Source of the DNA: Selaginella moellendorffii
Taxonomy: Eukaryota > Plantae > Lycopodiophyta
Direction of reading: 5' to 3'
NCBI RefSeq assembly: GCF_000143415.4
Contig: NW_003314268.1
Span: 1,069,247-1,133,246, forward strand
DNA: 64,000 bases
In this document: piece after piece, positions 60,821-64,000 of the stretch
Position numbering within the stretch: the stretch's first letter is position 1
Layout of the letters: every line of letters starts with the position of its first letter
Notes under the pieces: generated by a model
Told to the model about the DNA's origin: nothing
Seen by the model: only the letters and a program-made list of their open reading frames with translations
The model's database searches: none
Translations under genes and position numbers: made by a program

Positions 60821-62082
60821 TCACACAATGATAAGGAAGGAATTCTTATATCTCGCTTTGCTCCAGGTTAAGCTTGGAGGTTTTAATGAAACCATGTGCC
60901 AAGGATCATTAAATCCGTGACGGTTAAGTTTTAAAACCTCGATCCTCGATCGATCGCTTTCCTGGCTTGGGCTTTCGTACTGGGTTCTCGCTATACTGTT
61001 TTTCTTTGATCGCGAGATAAAAAAACCATGTGGTTGTTCGAGTGTTTCATCCTTGCTGATTCTTCTTGTACTGGCTGCCATTGTGTCGCTTTAGTAGAAC
61101 GAGGGGAAAAAAAATGGAGAGAAAACGAAATTTAAACTGGAAGCTTAACTTGTTCTTGCTCTCTTGCAACTGGCACGATCGAAGGTCATTGTTTTGAGAG
61201 ATTCCCTTCTTTACAGCTGAACTAGCCCCGCACCATCCACCAAGATTTTCTGTGAGCTGGTTGTTTCGAGAGTACAGTCGCAACCTATCTGGAGAGCTAG
61301 ATCCTGCAGGCACTCGAGATCCCACTAGTAAAAACTTTGAGCACCAGAAACTTTAAGAAAAAAGTGATAGCACACTCACAGGGACAAGACGATTGCAGCC
61401 ACTTGGAGACCACCTGGAACAAAGGAATTCGATACTCAAAACGAGAAACCAAACAAAAGGAAGGGAGTAAAAAGAAGATTCTCACCTCTGTAATGAGCTT
61501 GTCCATTTTCATTTCGAACGGAGTAGTGTTGCCGCTTTGGGATTGCTGCAATGGCACCACCGCCACCACCTCGTCTTTAGTTTCGCTCAAAATTTGAGAG
61601 TTATCTGACACCTTGCCGGTAAAACCACCTTCCAAACTCCTGCAAGTGTTCCTCTCTCCGAGTTAGAAGAAAGAAAAAAGAAAAGCCTTTAAGCGAGTAA
61701 GTTACCTTGAAGTCTGGATTTCCGCATCGTTGAAATTCCTCTCACGGCCCGAGTTTAGAGTTGACAATCCCAGCGCTCCAAAGTCGTCGCCTCGGGGGAA
61801 ATGAGGAGCATAAGTTTGGTACCGCGCGGGCTCGAGAATCTTCTCCAGACGACGAGACAGATCTTTGCGTGACGGTGTTTGGCAGTACTTTGACAATTTA
61901 GCTCCCTCGATGAGAAACTCGATGGCGGACTTGATCACAGCATCCTCTCTCTCTCTCCAACGAGCAGCCTGAAAGTTTTCACCCAAGAGACAGGAAAAAG
62001 TAAATGTAAGATAGCGTAACCAAAGTTGACTTACCTGGATATCAGCAATAGTTTTGTCTCGAGACACCAGACTGCGCGCCAT
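60821..62082 (-). CDS. Uncharacterised multi-exon protein
   Basis: ATG 62082 (MARSLVSRDKTIADIQ) joins through five GT-AG introns, in frame, to ORF pieces 61702-, 61297-, 61047- and 60821-. No domain recognised; 3' end uncertain. Confidence 0.55.
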
Positions 62083-62217
62083 TGCCGAAGCTACAGCAAG
62101 AAAGTAAACAAACACGGAATTCGTCGCCCTAAGACTCGAAACTAAAGTATATTCATTTGCCGGTCCAGAATATGCTCCCAGCAAGAGAAAAACGTACCAC
62201 TTGCTATAGAGGAACTT

Positions 62218-63704
62218 TCAGTGTGGCAGAGCCATTTCGAGGATCTGCAAGCTGCAAAACAAAATCTTGAGATGAGTTTTGGAGACTTTTCGAGTAAAAA
62301 CACTTCATTCTTACCTTACGGACATGAGAGCCATGCCAATGAAGACGGCAGTGACTGCTCGTCGATGACCAGCGTACTCGAAGGCTAGAGGAAGCATTTC
62401 GTGAAGCGTAAGAAAAGCCATGACACCGCCGACTGTAAGATTAAAGGACGAAGAGTAAAGTCCACTACGTTTCTGCATTGCAAAAACAAAACGACACAAA
62501 TCTTACCACCTCCCAATAATCCTTCTAAAACGTCCGTAGAGAGACCGGAAGGAAAGAGTGCCGCTGTAAGCAAACACAAAAAGAGTAAGCACGTTTTGCT
62601 GTTCTTCCTTTCAAGCAGTGAAAAAAGAATAAAAATTTTCTTACCAACAATTATCACTCCGAGCGGCTCCGCGAAGCCAGACAATGCTGCAAGTTTGAAG
62701 CTCTGCCACTTGCTAGGAGCAAAAATCAAAGAGACAATGAGAAATCCTTGTTCTTTCCAGCACTAATGAATACCTGTTGGTTGCAAAATAAATCGGCAAA
62801 GCGACGGCAATTCCCTGTTAAACAAACTGTTGAGCAAAAGAAAGAACCATAACTTAAATTACCTCTGGGATGTTGTGCAAAGCAATGGCCAGGGCTAAGC
62901 TTATGCCAACTCGAATGCCCTGAAATGTAGCAACGCGTAAGGTTGGAAGTTTTTTCAATAAGCGGTAGTGTTTCATACCTTCATGGACCCAAGGAACACA
63001 GCCATTCCCTCAGGAAAATTGTGCAAGCTTATTCCTGCCCAAAACTTAAGACGAATGTAAACTTCTCTTGTGAGCGCGAGAGAACAGGGAGTACCTATAG
63101 CCGTGATTATGCCACTGAAGAGAACCTGCTTGCGGTGCTTTTTCATCACATCCTTGTCACTGCCATTTCTATCCTACAAATGCCACACAAAGTTTGAAGA
63201 TGAAAAACATAAGAAAAAATAGAACCTCAGAGCTGGAAGTTTTTGTGATGGAAGCCATTGAAGGCTCAGGAACAAACGTAACTATACCAGCAAAGAGCAC
63301 AACCCCTCCAAAGAACTGACCAGGGAGCAAACCAGAGAGAAGATTAGAAAACGAAGAAAGAAAAGAACGACTTACCCAAAGATTTGCTCTAGCAAAGCCA
63401 AGGTTGTTTATAGCGTTATACATGAGGTCTAGAAATGACAATGTGAGCATCAAGCCTGCTGCAAGCCCCTACATTTGAAGGAACAATGGCTCTTCAAGTC
63501 CACAAGGAAAGAATTTAAGGATCTTACTTGCAAGAGGCCGAGGCGATTGAGATTGGGAGCCGGATACAGGATCACGAGCAACGCACCTATCAAAAGGGAG
63601 GAGAGAATGGTAGCTAATCCAGAAGAATGTTACAAACCTAGGGCAGTGCTTGCTCCTCCAACCATGGACAGCGCCAGGGCGACTGGAACCGATCCAGTAG
63701 CCAT
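62218..63704 (-). CDS. ZTP29: ZIP-family zinc transporter ZTP29 (ZupT/GufA-like)
   Basis: VALALSMVGG.STALG, GFAAGLML, ISLHNFPEGMAVFLGS, AIALHNIPEG, LSGFAEPLGV, GVMAFLTLHEMLP, FIGMALMSVSLQILEMALPH*. Confidence 0.93.
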
Positions 63705-64000
63705 TTTTCTCATAAACCCTAATGTGCCATAAGTTTTAAAATGAAATTAAGGGGCATCAAATCAGAAACATTAAGTTAAAGGTTATTAACCATATCTTGC
63801 TTCAAACTCATTGGCTTTATTACTATTAAATACTATAGAGGCATTAGAAATACTTCCATATATAACTTTTTGGTCAGAATACTTTTATATAAAATGTTAT
63901 ATGATTTTTATATTAAAATTTTAAATATATGACTTTACTATAAAAAATTCTGGAAGATTGGAGCCACTTTCGCAACTAATCCATAGTTTTATTTTATAGA

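Overview
Gene-dense land-plant nuclear DNA. Very short (about 45-110 nt) spliceosomal introns, tight gene spacing and alternating GC-rich genic and extremely AT-rich decayed-repeat blocks suggest a lycophyte such as Selaginella (inference, not verified). Apparently intact genes: PhzF-like isomerase, two small HMA-domain proteins with poly-Cys tails, F-box protein, tRNA-Val(CAC), single-domain DUF26 protein, PEP-mutase/isocitrate-lyase-family enzyme, two-domain rhodanese, aldo-keto reductase, glucan water dikinase, an unusually divergent RPS5/uS7, Cpn60-beta, a CIB/BPE-type bHLH, ZTP29 and an uncharacterised spliced ORF. Broken genes: a third HMA copy, a UBC19/20-like E2, PR-17/BSP, an SCP-type phosphatase, a GRAS gene split across both strands, two tRNA remnants, and a type III PKS one base short of intact. 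A young full-length Ty3/gypsy element (39167-44176) has apparently identical 174-bp LTRs, a 4-bp TSD, a tRNA-Ala PBS and a -1 frameshift pseudoknot. Best leads: (1) an intact RPS5 paralogue with a rewritten mRNA-exit-channel beta-hairpin; (2) a non-CHS type III PKS 101 bp upstream of an AKR; (3) HMA/poly-Cys genes each head-to-head with a tRNA gene or remnant; (4) candidate bicistronic gene pairs whose spacers are mostly intron-like. Exon boundaries were read by eye and no databases were searched.
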